From: Octopus sinensis
Taxonomy: Eukaryota
DNA length: 64,000 bases
Assembly: GCF_006345805.1 (NCBI RefSeq)
Contig: NC_043010.1
Span: 19,096,001 to 19,160,000, forward strand
Direction: 5' to 3'
Shown here: positions 39,071-52,569 of the stretch, piece by piece
How the letters are laid out: every line of letters starts with the position of its first letter
Position numbering within the stretch: the first letter of the stretch is position 1
Position numbers and translations under genes: made by a program
Notes under the pieces: generated by a model
Told to the model about the DNA's origin: nothing
The model's input: the letters and a program-made list of their open reading frames with translations, nothing else
The model's database searches: none

Positions 39071-40364
39071 CGAGGGGTGTATGAAAAGTTTTGGGCCTAA
39101 CCTAGAAATGGGGCTGCTAGGTAACTGAAACAATTTTTTTTTTGGTAAGTACAGTCTTTTCGGAGTATTCTTGCTCATTTTCCTGATTCTAATATTTAAA
39201 TTTTTGTTGTTGTTGCAGATTTTTGAATAAACAAGTGTCGAGGTTACAAGGAAAATGGTGAAAACTGAGTATTGTGTTGTCATAAAGTACCTTCATTTGA
39301 AAGACATGACTCCATCAGAAATCCCTGAAGATATGGTGAGAACCTTAACATACAATGCTCTTTCATATACAACAGTCAAATGCTGGGTAAATGAATTCCA
39401 GCGTGGCAGGGAAAGTGTGGAAGATGATCCCAGACCAAAGAGACCTCCAATTGCAACCACCGAGGATAACATTGACCTTGCTCTTGGTATGATAATGCAA
39501 GATCGTCGAATATCATGTTGTCTCATAGCCAAGAGACTGGAGATCTCAACTGAAAGAGCAGACAACATTGTGACAAAAGAACTTGGGTTCTCAAAGGTTT
39601 CTGCAAGGTGGGTCCCTCACATTTTGATTCCTGAACAGAGATGCACCAGGTGCACTTTGTCTACAAGCAATCTGGAACTGTTTGAAGCCGATGAAGAGAA
39701 TTTTCTTGCTCGTTTCATTACTATGGACGAAAGTTGGGTTCTTCACTACCAGCCTGAAACCAAAAAGCAATCAAAGTAGTGGTGACACACATCTTCTCCT
39801 ACCCCAAAGAAGGCCAGGGTCATTCCTTCAGCTGGTAAGGTCATGGCATCTGTTTTTTTATTTTTTATTCTCAAGGTGTCATACTGATTGATTACCTTGA
39901 AAAGGGTCACACCGTTATATGTCTGTATTATTCTCAGCTACTGAAATGCCTCCGAGAAGCAATCAAAGAAAAAAGGCCAGGAATGCTCACCAGAGGAGTC
40001 CTTTTTCATCACAACAATGCTCTATCCCACACCTCAGTGGTTGCCATGGCAACAATTCGTGATTGTGGATACGAACTTGTTCCCCATCCTTATTCGCCAG
40101 ACTTAGCCCCCTTCGACTTTCATCTATTTCCAAATATGAAAAAAGCCCTGGCTGGTTGCCATTTTGCCAGTGACAATGATGTCATAGACGCTGTAGGAAG
40201 TTTCTTGGAGTCCCAAACAAAAGAGTTCCTCTGCGCCGGGATAATGACGCTTCAGCACTGCTAGAGAAAGTGTTCAGCCATCAAAGGTGACTATGTTCAA
40301 AAATAAATCATCAGAAGTCTTGTGCTATGTTTTGATATTTTGAGGCTCAAGACTTTTCATACAC
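39071..40364 (+). mobile_element. Decayed mariner (D,D34D) transposon; transposase pseudogene about 39255-40306
   Basis: TA followed by left TIR CGAGGGGTGTATGAAAAGTTTTGGGCCT. Right TIR AGGCTCAAGACTTTTCATACAC is truncated. Motifs WVPH, ITMDESWV, HHNNA (D>N) and YSPDLAPFDFHLF, with stops and frameshifts. Confidence 0.95.
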
Positions 40365-40689
40365 AATAAAAGAATATATACAAATCGACCCCAGAGGTTA
40401 TTTTTTAAACCCTAATACTTATTTTATCGGTCTCTTTTGTAGGACCGCTAAGTTATAGGGACGTAAACACAGCAACACCGGTTGCCAGGCGGTGGTCGGG
40501 GATAAACACAGACAAAAGCACACATGTAAAAGCTACACTCGCATAGAACCCCCCCCCCCCCCACACACACACGCACACACGGGTTTCTTATTTAATTTAT
40601 TATTTAAGCTTACGTCAATTCCTCCATGGTGTTGTTTTGCATTTATAATAAAATAAATATGTACAAATTACAAAAATAATAACAAAAAA

Positions 40690-40784
40690 AATATACAGTA
40701 CAGTACTGTTTCTGCTTCACAGATTTTCACCTATCGCGAGGGGTTTTGGAACGTAACGCTCATGATAGTCGAAAGATTACTGTA
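40690..40784. mobile_element. Tigger/pogo-like terminal fragment
   Basis: Ends ...GATAGTCGAAAGATTACTG|TA, a typical CAGT terminus plus TA. No partner TIR found. Confidence 0.45.
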
Positions 40785-40802
40785 CATTTATGATGATGAT
40801 GA

Positions 40803-40860
<58 letters not shown>

Positions 40861-41078
40861 CATATATATATGTATATATATGTATCTATATATAGTTGGA
40901 ATTTACAAAAACAAAAGACGAAGATGGGTGTGTAAACAACAAACGGATGTATTAGTTTAACGCCTGGGAAGCGAGAAAGTCTTTTACATTTCGAGCCTAC
41001 GCTCTTCAGCAGAAAGGAAATATAAAAATAAGCAGAGAGAGAATATAAAATAAAAAAAGGTTTAGTGGCTAGCGATCA

Positions 41079-41082
<4 letters not shown>

Positions 41083-41130
<48 letters not shown>

Positions 41131-41136
41131 ATATTA

Positions 41137-41171
<35 letters not shown>

Positions 41172-41363
41172 TTATATATAATATAATATTAAGTTAGACA
41201 TGGCCTGGACTAATCTTTGGTCGAAACATATCTAAGTTTATCTAAGTCTCTCTATATATGTATATATATATGTATATATATATATATATATATAATATAC
41301 ACACATATATATGCATATATATATATATATATTTATATTTATATGTATATATAATATATTATA

Positions 41364-41409
<46 letters not shown>

Positions 41410-41428
41410 TATATATATGTCTATATAT

Positions 41429-41462
<34 letters not shown>

Positions 41463-41505
41463 ATATATATGTATGTATGTATGTATATATGTATATATAT
41501 ATATG

Positions 41506-41570
<65 letters not shown>

Positions 41571-41595
41571 CATACATACATACATATACATATAT
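41083..41595. repeat. (TA)n microsatellite field; similar fields at 9670-10560, 16700-17245, 38820-38930
   Basis: Seen directly. Confidence 0.98.
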
Positions 41596-42153
41596 CGTTC
41601 GACTCATCATGCAGCCATACTTGACACCTGTCGATTGTACAGTATCTCAGCTGTAAGGTACAGGTATATGATGAAAAGAAACGATCGTAGCGGTTTTTGA
41701 ATGAAGAGTTTTGTGAATTCCATTTTCTGTCCCTGATCTTTTTATATAAACTCTCTCCATACTGTTGTGGACACCAGGTAACTGAGTACTGTGTACAGGC
41801 TTTACATTGCATACTACAAGGTGTATAACCGAATATAGAATTATTACTTAAAATATGTGTGCGTGCGTGTGTATGTATGTGTGTTTGTGCGTGTGCGTGT
41901 GAGAGAGAGAGAGAGAAAAGGGAGAAAGGGAGAGAGAGAAAGAAGAGAGAGAGAGAGAGAATTGGTCAACTGGCAATGTTGTTAGACCACTGAACTGAAT
42001 GCTTTGCAGCATTCCACCCCGCCCAACCCACCTTCCGAGCTCAAACTTGTCAAATTTACCTGTCATCCTTTTGGGGTCGATAAATAAAGTGCCACTCAAG
42101 CACGTGGAGTATATCCTGCCTCTTCTTTGCTCGCTGGAAGAAATCGATGGTTT

Positions 42154-42168
42154 CTATCTATCTATCTC

Positions 42169-42223
<55 letters not shown>

Positions 42224-42375
42224 CTCTATCAATCTGTCTGACTGTCTGTCTGTCCATCCATCTATCTACCTATATAATATGTGTGTGTATGTGAGTGCAG
42301 GCGTGCATGCGTCGCTGTTCATCTGCCCATTTATCTATCTATCCATCTATCTATCCATCCATCTATCCATCTATC

Positions 42376-42426
<51 letters not shown>

Positions 42427-42502
42427 GTCTGTCTGTCTGTCTGTCTATACATCTATCCATCTATCTATCTGTCTGTCTGTCTGTCTGTCTATCCATCTAT
42501 CC

Positions 42503-42577
<75 letters not shown>

Positions 42578-42617
42578 CATCTATCTATCTATCTATCTGT
42601 CTATCTATCTATCTATC
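42154..42617. repeat. (CTAT)n/(CTGT)n microsatellite, resuming at 43362-43516
   Basis: Seen directly. Confidence 0.98.
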
Positions 42618-43360
42618 ATCAATATTGTCACGCCTCCTTCCTTCAAACGGGAAGGAAGAGCTATTTTCATCATCCTTGTGGCTATGGCGAAAGAATGTAT
42701 CTGGTGGACGCGTCTGAAAGGATTGGAGACAACACTTTCCTCTCTGGTCAATCTCTCATCAACTTCTTCAAGTACCACTTGAAAAGGAAAGTGAGAGTAG
42801 AGAGGCAAGTTTTGTCTAGCGAATGTTTTAAAAAAAGATGGGTGAATGTAGCAAGGATGGCACGTATGAATGACGAAGCCACCTTGAGCATGATCCTATG
42901 AACCCAGAAAGTGAAAACAGAGGGTTACCCACTTGCAAACAAATGTGGTAACATATAACAATATTGACCAGGTTACCGTGGTTTTTCGTAGGCTTTTCTT
43001 CCCACGGATAAACCTTACTTGCTTTCCCCTTTACACCATATATCATAACACTGTGATACACGATCCCTATTGATCGTTCTTTCTTTTCCTCTTCCCCTTT
43101 TTCCCCCTTTTTTCTTTTGTTCATTTCTCTTTTCTTTTGTTCCTTTTCCTTTTCTCTTTTTTTCTTTTTATTCATTTTATTTTTTATTTTATTTATTTAT
43201 TTTTTATCTTTTTTATTTATTTTTTTGGGGGTCTTTTCTTCCCTTTTACGATCCCTCTTGATCGAAAACCTACGCCCCCCCCTTTTTTTTTCATCCCCCA
43301 AAAGCTCTACCTTGTAACTTGTCCCATCTGTGTGCAGCCCTGTGTGGCCAATAAAGAAAC

Positions 43361-43361
<1 letters not shown>
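42618..43361 (+). mobile_element. 5'-truncated Tx1/L1-clade LINE inside a (CTAT)n array
   Basis: [17 protein letters not shown](fs)[30 protein letters not shown]...* (stop about 42901). T-rich 3' UTR, AATAAA at 43350, (CTAT)n on both sides. Confidence 0.8.
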
Positions 43362-43438
<77 letters not shown>

Positions 43439-43482
43439 GTTCGTCTGCCTGTCATGTATGCATGTATGTATGTATGTATGTC

Positions 43483-43515
<33 letters not shown>

Positions 43516-43859
43516 ATTTACACGTACAATACACCATAACCACATGCATTAACAACATCAACTTATGCACGACCACACAACCATCTCCACCACCTTCATC
43601 ACTTTCAACAACAACAACAACAACAACAACAGCACCATATGCCTCAATAAAGAAAGCAAAATGTCAACTTACCAGAGGAGATGGTGGCCAATGTAAACGT
43701 GACATGAAAGAACTTGTCTAAGACCGACATGAAGCAGGCATCTGCACAAGCGTCCAATCTACACTCACATAACGTCTTACCATTACTGTCACTAGATGGC
43801 GCCTTCTCAGGTTTTAATCCTGTCACACCAGGATTATCTGACATTAATCCAACACATTC

Positions 43860-44007
43860 ACATACATACACAAACATACACACACATACATACATACATA
43901 CATACATACATACATACATACATACATACATACATACACACACACATACATGCATACATACATACATACATACATACATACACACACATACATACATACA
44001 CACACAC

Positions 44008-44038
<31 letters not shown>

Positions 44039-44101
44039 CATACATACATACATACATACATACATACATACATACACACACATACATACATACACACACA
44101 C

Positions 44102-44132
<31 letters not shown>

Positions 44133-44249
44133 CATACACACATACATACATACATACATACATACACACACATACATACACACATACATACATAGATACA
44201 TACATACATACATACATACATACACACACATACATACATACACACACAC

Positions 44250-44280
<31 letters not shown>

Positions 44281-44494
44281 CATACATACATACATACACA
44301 TATACATACATACCTACATACACACATACATACATACATACATACATACATACATACTTACACACATACATACATACATACATACATACATACACACACA
44401 TACATACACACATACATAGATACATACATACATACATACATACATACATACATACACACACACACATACATACACACATACATACATAGATACA

Positions 44495-44527
<33 letters not shown>

Positions 44528-44601
44528 GCGGATGTATATGTTAGTACGTACATTTGTACGAACATATAACAAATTCATACATATATACTTGCACACACAC
44601 A

Positions 44602-44645
<44 letters not shown>
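43860..44645. repeat. Long (TACA)n/(CA)n microsatellite; similar array at 47515-47970
   Basis: Seen directly. Confidence 0.98.
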
Positions 44646-44649
<4 letters not shown>

Positions 44650-45046
44650 CTTATATTATGCACCAGTGTATAAGGGCTGATGGGAGTGATCTTGGCGGCG
44701 TCGGCGATGGGGTTACTGGTGGTTGTGATGGTGGTGATTGTGGAGATGATGGCAGTGGTGGTATGTGAGAGGAATGACTGGTGGTGGTGGTCATGCTGAT
44801 TATGGTGATGATGGTGGTGGCAGTGGTAGTGGTGGTGGTGAGTCTGGAAAGGAAAGAAGGTTGTTCTTAGAGACCCTTACTTCTCTTATCTCCTTCTTTT
44901 CTCCCACTCCTCTCCCTCCCCTGACCCTTCATGCTTTACTCCCTCCCCTCCTCCTCTCCCCCACCACCATTCTTCTTTTGTGTCACTCACCTCCTCTTGT
45001 TAAATCCACACATCTATTCTCATAAACACACGCACAATTAAGAGAG

Positions 45047-45112
<66 letters not shown>

Positions 45113-45254
45113 ACAGCCTTGTATTCCTTCCCTTTCCTCTTTCTTTTGTATTTCAGGGATGCTTGACCGGCTAGAAATAGCAACCAAATTTCTCTGAAAT
45201 CACATCCTGCTATCTTACGAAAAAAAAGAAAAATAGCATTAGATAAAGTAATTC

Positions 45255-45671
45255 GGATATTTTCGGTTTGAACGGCAGTTTTTTAAAATAATTTCCACCT
45301 AACTAACACTTTTAAACTTCGTATACTGGTAGAATGTATTTATTAAACATCTTTTTCTTTTGACTTTATTGAGAAAATTCTATAGTTAGTAAGATATTTG
45401 TTGTTCTTTTTCTTCAATTTCTGCAATTTCAACCAATCAATGACGTCTATTGGGGTGAAAAAATTATGTGCCGTATGAATATGTCCCTCGTTTAAGAAAC
45501 AGATTGGGTTTATTTACATTTCTGAAGAAAAAAAAAGATACTCTCCTCCCGCCCCTAACCCTAACCCTAAAACATATTGAAATGCAATAGATCGATACTA
45601 GGGTCATAATTATGGGTGACAATTTCATATGACATTGCTAGAAAAAACTGCCGTTCAAACCGAAAAGATCC
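45255..45671. mobile_element. GG-terminal MITE, copy 2, with 8-bp TSD
   Basis: Same TIRs. AGTAATTC is duplicated at 45247-45254 and 45672-45679. Confidence 0.93.
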
Positions 45672-48147
45672 AGTAATTCTAAATCCACTGAGCATAGGAT
45701 AGAGATGGATGGGCATGACTGGAATGTCTTTGGCCATAAGTATACTTAATCATGGCTGCCATGATGCTGAACATAAAAACAACAGCAGCAGCAGCAATAG
45801 CACCACCACCACCACCACCACCGCTACCCTGAACAATAATACCTATTTCTTTACTACCCACAAGGGGCTAAACACGGAGAGGACAAACAAAGACAGACAA
45901 ACGGTGTAAGTCGATTATATCGATCCCAGTGCGTAACTGGTACTTATTTAATCGACCCCGAAAGGATGAAAGGCAAAGTCGATCTCGGCGGAATTTGAAC
46001 TCAGATCGTAGCGATTCCGCCCGGCGTGCTAACGATTCTGCCAGCTCGCCGCCTTCCCAAACAATAATACCACCACCACATCGCCTGCTGTCTTTAGCAA
46101 GGCTAAATGACATATTGGGTGATGTTGCCCAAGATATACTTTGTCTGAAAGATAAGATGCAATATCACTGAACACTTTTCACCGCAGTACAGCCGAATAA
46201 GGTTTGATTTGGAATTAAATAACAACAACAACAACAATATTAATAAACATTGCAGCAAAAAACGCCTCAAAACTTCATAAAGGAGACTGAAACGAAATCA
46301 CGTTGGGGCTTTAAGAATAGAAATGATAATGCTTTCGTTACACAACTACCACCATGTGAAACTCCATCACTAATACGGGATGATGATAATTAATATTTTG
46401 TTGGTGTTTGGAACAATGAATCTCGAAACAAAAAACCAATAGATGATAACATAAATACTGAGTCAAAAAACCTCTTCGGGTAGAAAGGATCAAAGCTGTC
46501 CAGGGGATATTAACCAGCATATCCTTTAAACATGATAGACGTTCTACCATTGGACAAACGCCAGCAGTTTCGGAGGGAGCGGGGTCAGTCAATTATATCG
46601 ACCCCAGTATTCAACTGTACTTAATTTATCGACTCCGAAAAGATGAAAGACAAAGTCGACCTTGGCGAAATTTGAACTCAGAACGTAAAGACGGGCGAAA
46701 TACCTATTTCTTTACTACCCACAGAGAGGACAAACAAGGACAGACAAACGGATTAAGTCGATTATATCGACTCCAGTGCGTAACTGGTACTTATTTAATA
46801 GACCCCGAAAGGATGAAAGGCAAAGTCGACCTCGGCGGAATTTGAACTCAGAATGTGGTGGCAGACGAAATGCCGTTAAACATTTCGCCTGGCGGGCTAA
46901 CGATTCTAGCAGCTTGCCATTATTAATGGTGCCTAATTTAGACATAAGGTCAGCAATTTTGTGTGGGAAGAAATTAGTTGATCATATCGATTCCATTACG
47001 TGATTGATCATGCATTTTATCATCCTTGGACAGATAAAACATAAAGGTGACTTGGGTGGTATCTGAATTTAGAACATAAAGATGTGGAACGAAGACAAAG
47101 CATTTTGTCCAACGCTCTAACCATTCTGCTAATTCAAATAAACATAATTTATCAATGGACTTTGGTCAGAATTTCCGATCCTAAGTTTCTCATTTATTTA
47201 ATCAACTGAACTGCCAGGCTCAATTAATTAGCATGTAAGTGGCTGAGTACTCCACAGATACACGTCCACCCTTGACGTAATTGTTAGGTAGAATCAATAT
47301 GACTCAAGTCTGACAAAGTTGGAGCTTTGAATTACGGGTTCAATCCATCGACAAGCTTCCATACAAATGCCATCCACGCGGATTCACCCACAAGTTGTGG
47401 GTCGACATGAGGCTAGGGTTAAAGGCATTTACCGAAGATGCCCCACGATGAGGAAATTAAACCCTGGGGTTTGTGATTGGGGAGTTTCTTTACCATTTGG
47501 CCACATTGCAGCTACAATGCATGCATGCATACATACATACATACATACATACGTACGTACGTACGTACGTACATACATACATACATATATACATACATAC
47601 ATACATACATACATACATACATACATACATACACACATACATATATACATACATACATACATATATACATACATACATACATATATACATAAATACATAC
47701 ATACATATATATATTCATACATACATACATACATACATGCATAAATACATACATACATACATGCATACATACATACATGCATACATACATACACACACAC
47801 ACACATACATACATACATACATACATACATACATACATACATACATACATACATACATACATGCATAAATACATATATATTCATTCGTACATATAAGTAT
47901 CTGTATGTATACATGCGTGTATGCACACACATACACACACGCGCACGTATGCACACACACACACACATGAATATAAACGAACAGATGAAGGGTTACTCAA
48001 TACTGGGGGTAGAGTATAAATAAATTTAATTTAATTCGGTGGAACGAAAAGTAACTGAATCCCTAGGTTTCACCACAGAGAAGGAATTTATTTATTTGTC
48101 CAAAGCTGCTGCTGCTGCTGCTACTACTACTACTACTACTACTACTA

Positions 48148-48203
<56 letters not shown>

Positions 48204-49884
48204 AGTACCGTATACCATACTATTATCGTTACTGTATCATATATCACACCACTTCAGTACTGTGCACCATACTTCTACTACTTCCGCTACACTGCCACAT
48301 GCCACAATACTACCACCACAACCACTACAAGCCACCACACTACAATTGCTACCAGTACCACCACACCACCATCACTATACCCCACTGCCACCATCCCACC
48401 ACTGCACCGCCACCACTCATTACTAGAATTCCACATTCCCACCCATCCAATACAAAGCCAACGTTAATATTTAATGAGGATCTAATTAATTGCTTCCAAA
48501 ATATCAACATCAAAGATTTCAGTAATGAAAAGATGTAAACAAGCATCGAAGAGATATGGGAAATATTGGTTTCAGATTTTGGTACAAGACCAGCAATTCC
48601 AGGGGAGGGGGCAGGTCGATTACATTGACCCCCAGGGCTCAACGGGCACTTGTTTTATGGACCCTGAAAGGATGAAAAGCAAGGTCGAGCCTATCAGCAT
48701 TTGAACTCAGAAGGTGGAAGAATTACCAGAACGTAAAGACAGACGAAATACCTATTTCTTTACTACCCACAAGGGGCTAAACATAGAGGGGACAAACAGG
48801 GACAGACAAAGGGATTAAGTCGATTACATTGACCCCAGTGCGTAACTAGTACTTAATTTATCGACCCCGAAAGTATGAAAGGCAAAGTCGACCTTGGTGG
48901 AATTTGAACTCAGAACACAACGGCAGACGAAATACGGCTACGCATTTCACCCGGCTCGCTGCCTGAAGGTGGAAGAATTACTGCTAAGCATTTTGCCTCC
49001 TTCAGTAACGATTCTGCATGTTCACCATCTTAGTTATAGGAAATATTATAAGATAATGAAGGTGGCGAGCTGGCAGAATGGTTAGCACGCCGGACGAAAT
49101 GCTTAGCGGTGCCCCTACGTTCTGAGTTCAAATCTTGCCGAGATCGACTTTGCCTTTCATCCTTTCGGGGTCGATAAATTAGGTACCAGTTACGCACTGG
49201 GGTCGATGTAATCAACTGGTCCCCTCCCCCAGGATTTCAGGCCTTATGCCTATAGTAGAAAGGATTATAAATAATGATAATAATACTGTTGTTGCTGTTT
49301 CTGCTGCTGCTGCTGTTGTTGTTGTTGTTGTTTCACACCCAAGTCAGCTCTGATCCAGCAGGTCTTGGAAGTGCTCTCGGTTATGACAATGAACCCGACT
49401 ACTTAGATGCCACCACCATCGCCGCCACAACTGTCATACACACACCATTCAGACTGCTGATGCCACCACTATCAATACCTTTGACTTCGCCGCCTTTCCC
49501 TTCACCACCATCACCACTGTCTTTCACATCGCCATCCTTGACCGCCTCGGCTACCACCACCACCACCACCACCACCATCACCGTCGCCTCCGCGTCTATC
49601 ACAACTACAGTTCATACTATTACTATCACCCCATTACCATCACCACAGTCAATCTGCTACCGCCCTCATCATCTTTATGCCTACTATTACTCTCACCCCA
49701 ACATGAGGAATAGTAGAAGTGTTATTAAATAGTGAGAAAGAGGGTCAAAGTGTGACACACTGACACACAGAAATTCGTTTTGGCATTTATTATTATAGAT
49801 ATGTATGTATATATATATATGTATTATTATCCGAAGTGTACAATATTATATATCCATTATGGCCGAATAATATATACAGATATA

Positions 49885-50394
49885 CTGTAAATCCTCAAGT
49901 ATAGTCCGCCCTTGAGTATAATACGCAGGGGATTTTTAGGGGGCTGTACCTCTGAAAAACTTAAACCTTGTGTATAATACGCACCTCTTCTCTAACTTGA
50001 GTCAAGGAGGTCTATATAATGTCCTGGGTTTGTAAAACTGTATACGGTAACGTCCTTTATTATTATTGTATATATAACAATGCAAACGTGTAACATTTTT
50101 GTGCATTTTGTTTGCAGAAAATAAAGAAATAACAGTAACAACGTTTAATAAATGTTGCTTACTGCAAATTATAGATGATTCTTTTATGACTTCATTGCTT
50201 TCAGGCTTAGCTTAAGGTATTTTCATGCCCGACATCACAAAATGCGTCTGAATAAACATTGCTGGACAGCAAATAGAGACTTTGACATTGCTTAGAAAAT
50301 ATTTTTCATTTTTAACCTCGTATATAGTACGCACCAAGGATTTTGACCTTTAAATTTTGGGAAAAAAATACAGATTATACTCGAGGATTCATGG
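49885..50394. mobile_element. Tc2/pogo-type MITE
   Basis: TA on both sides. Imperfect TIR CTGTAAATCCTCAAGTATAGTC / GATTATACTCGAGGATTCATGG. Confidence 0.8.
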
Positions 50395-50639
50395 TATGAG
50401 TGCATTTTTCCCAAGACTTATGGCTTTAGACAACTTACATTATGTATGCATGTGTACCTATGTAGGTATATATTCGTTATATATGTATGTGTACTTATCT
50501 TTATATACATATATTCAGTATGCAGTGATAAACTGTCGTCTAAATTACGTAAAAATGAAAATAACACTGACATATCATTTTAAAAGATATATTTACCAAA
50601 ATTACATAAAAATCTCTTGAAATACTAACGAGTAAATTT

Positions 50640-51125
50640 ATCTAATAAAATCGCCAGATGATTTTGGAATCTCCTGCGTTTCTTCTGGATAGTCTCCTTT
50701 GTTTAAGTTGGAATGCCTTCAGTTCATCCTTGGTGATACAAGGAGTTCTATTGGTCTCTTGCCCAACTGCACCCCACACATAATAATCAAAGAGGTTGCA
50801 GTCTGGGGGAGTTAGGTGACCAGATGTTTGGGGTGATGTGGTCGCAGAAATGACTGGGTCCTCCTGCTTGTGTGGCATGGTGCAGAGTCCTGTTGCCAGA
50901 TATAGGGTCTTCCAGCAGCCAGCCTCTTGACCCAGAGCAGAACTACCTCCTCCAGGCACTTGCTGTAGGCCTCCATGTTGAGTGTGAGGCTGTGTGGGAA
51001 GATGAATGGAGGCATAACGTCGCCATCACTTGTGATCACTCGAAACACCATGATGATGACTGGATGTTTGATTTTTATCACTCTCGGTACATTTCCTCAG
51101 ATTGACACCCAAACACTCTGAAATG
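50640..51125 (-). mobile_element. Internally deleted maT/D,D37D element, same family as 20400-21040
   Basis: HPVIIMVFRVITSDGDVMPPFIF, WQQDSAPCHTSRRTQS and PDCNLFDYYVWG. High nucleotide similarity to the 20.4 kb copy. Confidence 0.85.
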
Positions 51126-51133
51126 TGTGTGCG

Positions 51134-51196
<63 letters not shown>

Positions 51197-51434
51197 TCAC
51201 ACACATACTCACGTATTTATTCACACGTACGTCTTTATCCTTTATCTTTTACTTGTTTCAGTCATTAGACTGCGACCATGCTGGGGCGCCACCTTGAAGA
51301 ATTTTTAATTGAATGAATCGACCAGAGGACTTTATTTCTTTTTAAGCCGAGTACTTATTGTAAAGGTCTGTTTTGCCGAACCGCTTGGTTACGGGGAAGT
51401 AAATACATCAACAGCGGTTGTTAAGCGGTGGGAG

Positions 51435-51485
<51 letters not shown>

Positions 51486-51826
51486 ACACACACACACACA
51501 ATGAGCTTCTTTCAGTTTCCGTCCACCAAATCCACTCGCAAGACTTGAGTCGGCCCGAGGCTATAGTAGAAGATATTTGCATCATGCAGTGGGACTGAAC
51601 CTGGAACCAAGTGGTTGGCAAGCAAGCTTCTAACATATTAGTTTCAGAATTTTGGCAATTTCGAGGGATGGGGTTAGTCAACTGAATCGACCCCAGTGCT
51701 CAACTGGTACTTATTTTATCGATTTCGGAAAGGATGAACGGCAAGTCGACCTTGGTGGAACTTGGAAGTTTCTTACACATTGAAACGAGTTTTGAGTTTG
51801 TAATTACTTTATAAAAAGTTTTTTTT

Positions 51827-52263
51827 TTATCTTTTCAGTTTGGACGGCAGTTTTTAACATAATTTCTAGGTAACTAAAAAATTTTAAACTTCGTATACTG
51901 GTAGAATGTGTTTATAAAACATCTTTTTCTCTTGGTTTTATTAAGAAAATTATATAGTTTGTAAGATATTTGTTGTTTTTTTCTTCAATTTCTGCAATTT
52001 CAACCAATCAATGACGTCCATTGAGGTAGAGAACATTCTGTGCCGTATGAATATGTCCCTTGTTTAAGAAACAGGTTGGGTTTATTTACATTTGTGAAGA
52101 AAAAAAGATACCCTTCCCCCACCCCTAACCCTGACCCTAATCCTAACTAACCCTAACCCTAAAATAGATTGAAATGCAATAGATCGATACTAGGGTCATA
52201 ATTATGGGTGACAATTTCATATGACACCGCTAGAAAAAACTGCCGTTCAAACCGAAAAGATCC
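51827..52263. mobile_element. GG-terminal MITE, copy 3, 280 nt upstream of the SMU1 ATG
   Basis: Same body and right TIR. Left terminus is degraded into a T run. Probable TSD GTTTTTTT. Confidence 0.9.
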
Positions 52264-52540
52264 GTTTTTTTCATTTTTTTCGATACTTGAATAATTGCTA
52301 AAAAAAATTCGTTGTTCTTCTATTAAAGAGAATCCATTACAAAGATATATTCACTTATTCCGGATATCCAAGTCTATTTTTGTATTTTCTCGGATTGTTT
52401 TGATTTCATTATCAAAAAGGTCCTCATTATATATAAAACAGACAGAAGGGACAAAGAAACAGTGAGACAGAGAGCTATTTCGTTCCGCAAGTCCACGTTT
52501 TGCTGGTAACCATTCTTGTTTTTATATTTCTTCACATCTC

Positions 52541-52550
52541 AAGATGGCGG
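52541..52550 (+). promoter_or_regulatory. YY1-type motif AAGATGGCGG overlapping the SMU1 start codon
   Basis: Exact AAGATGGCGG. This motif commonly overlaps the ATG of housekeeping genes with short 5' UTRs. Function here is inferred. Confidence 0.45.
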
Positions 52551-52569
52551 TAGAAATCGAGTCAGCCGA
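52544..52569 (+). CDS. SMU1: SMU1 coding exon 1 (MAVEIESA[D])
   Basis: ATG GCG GTA GAA ATC GAG TCA GCC GA followed by a GTAAGT donor. Matches the SMU1 N-terminus (MSIEIESSD). Phase 2 joins exon 2 to give GAT. Confidence 0.93.
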
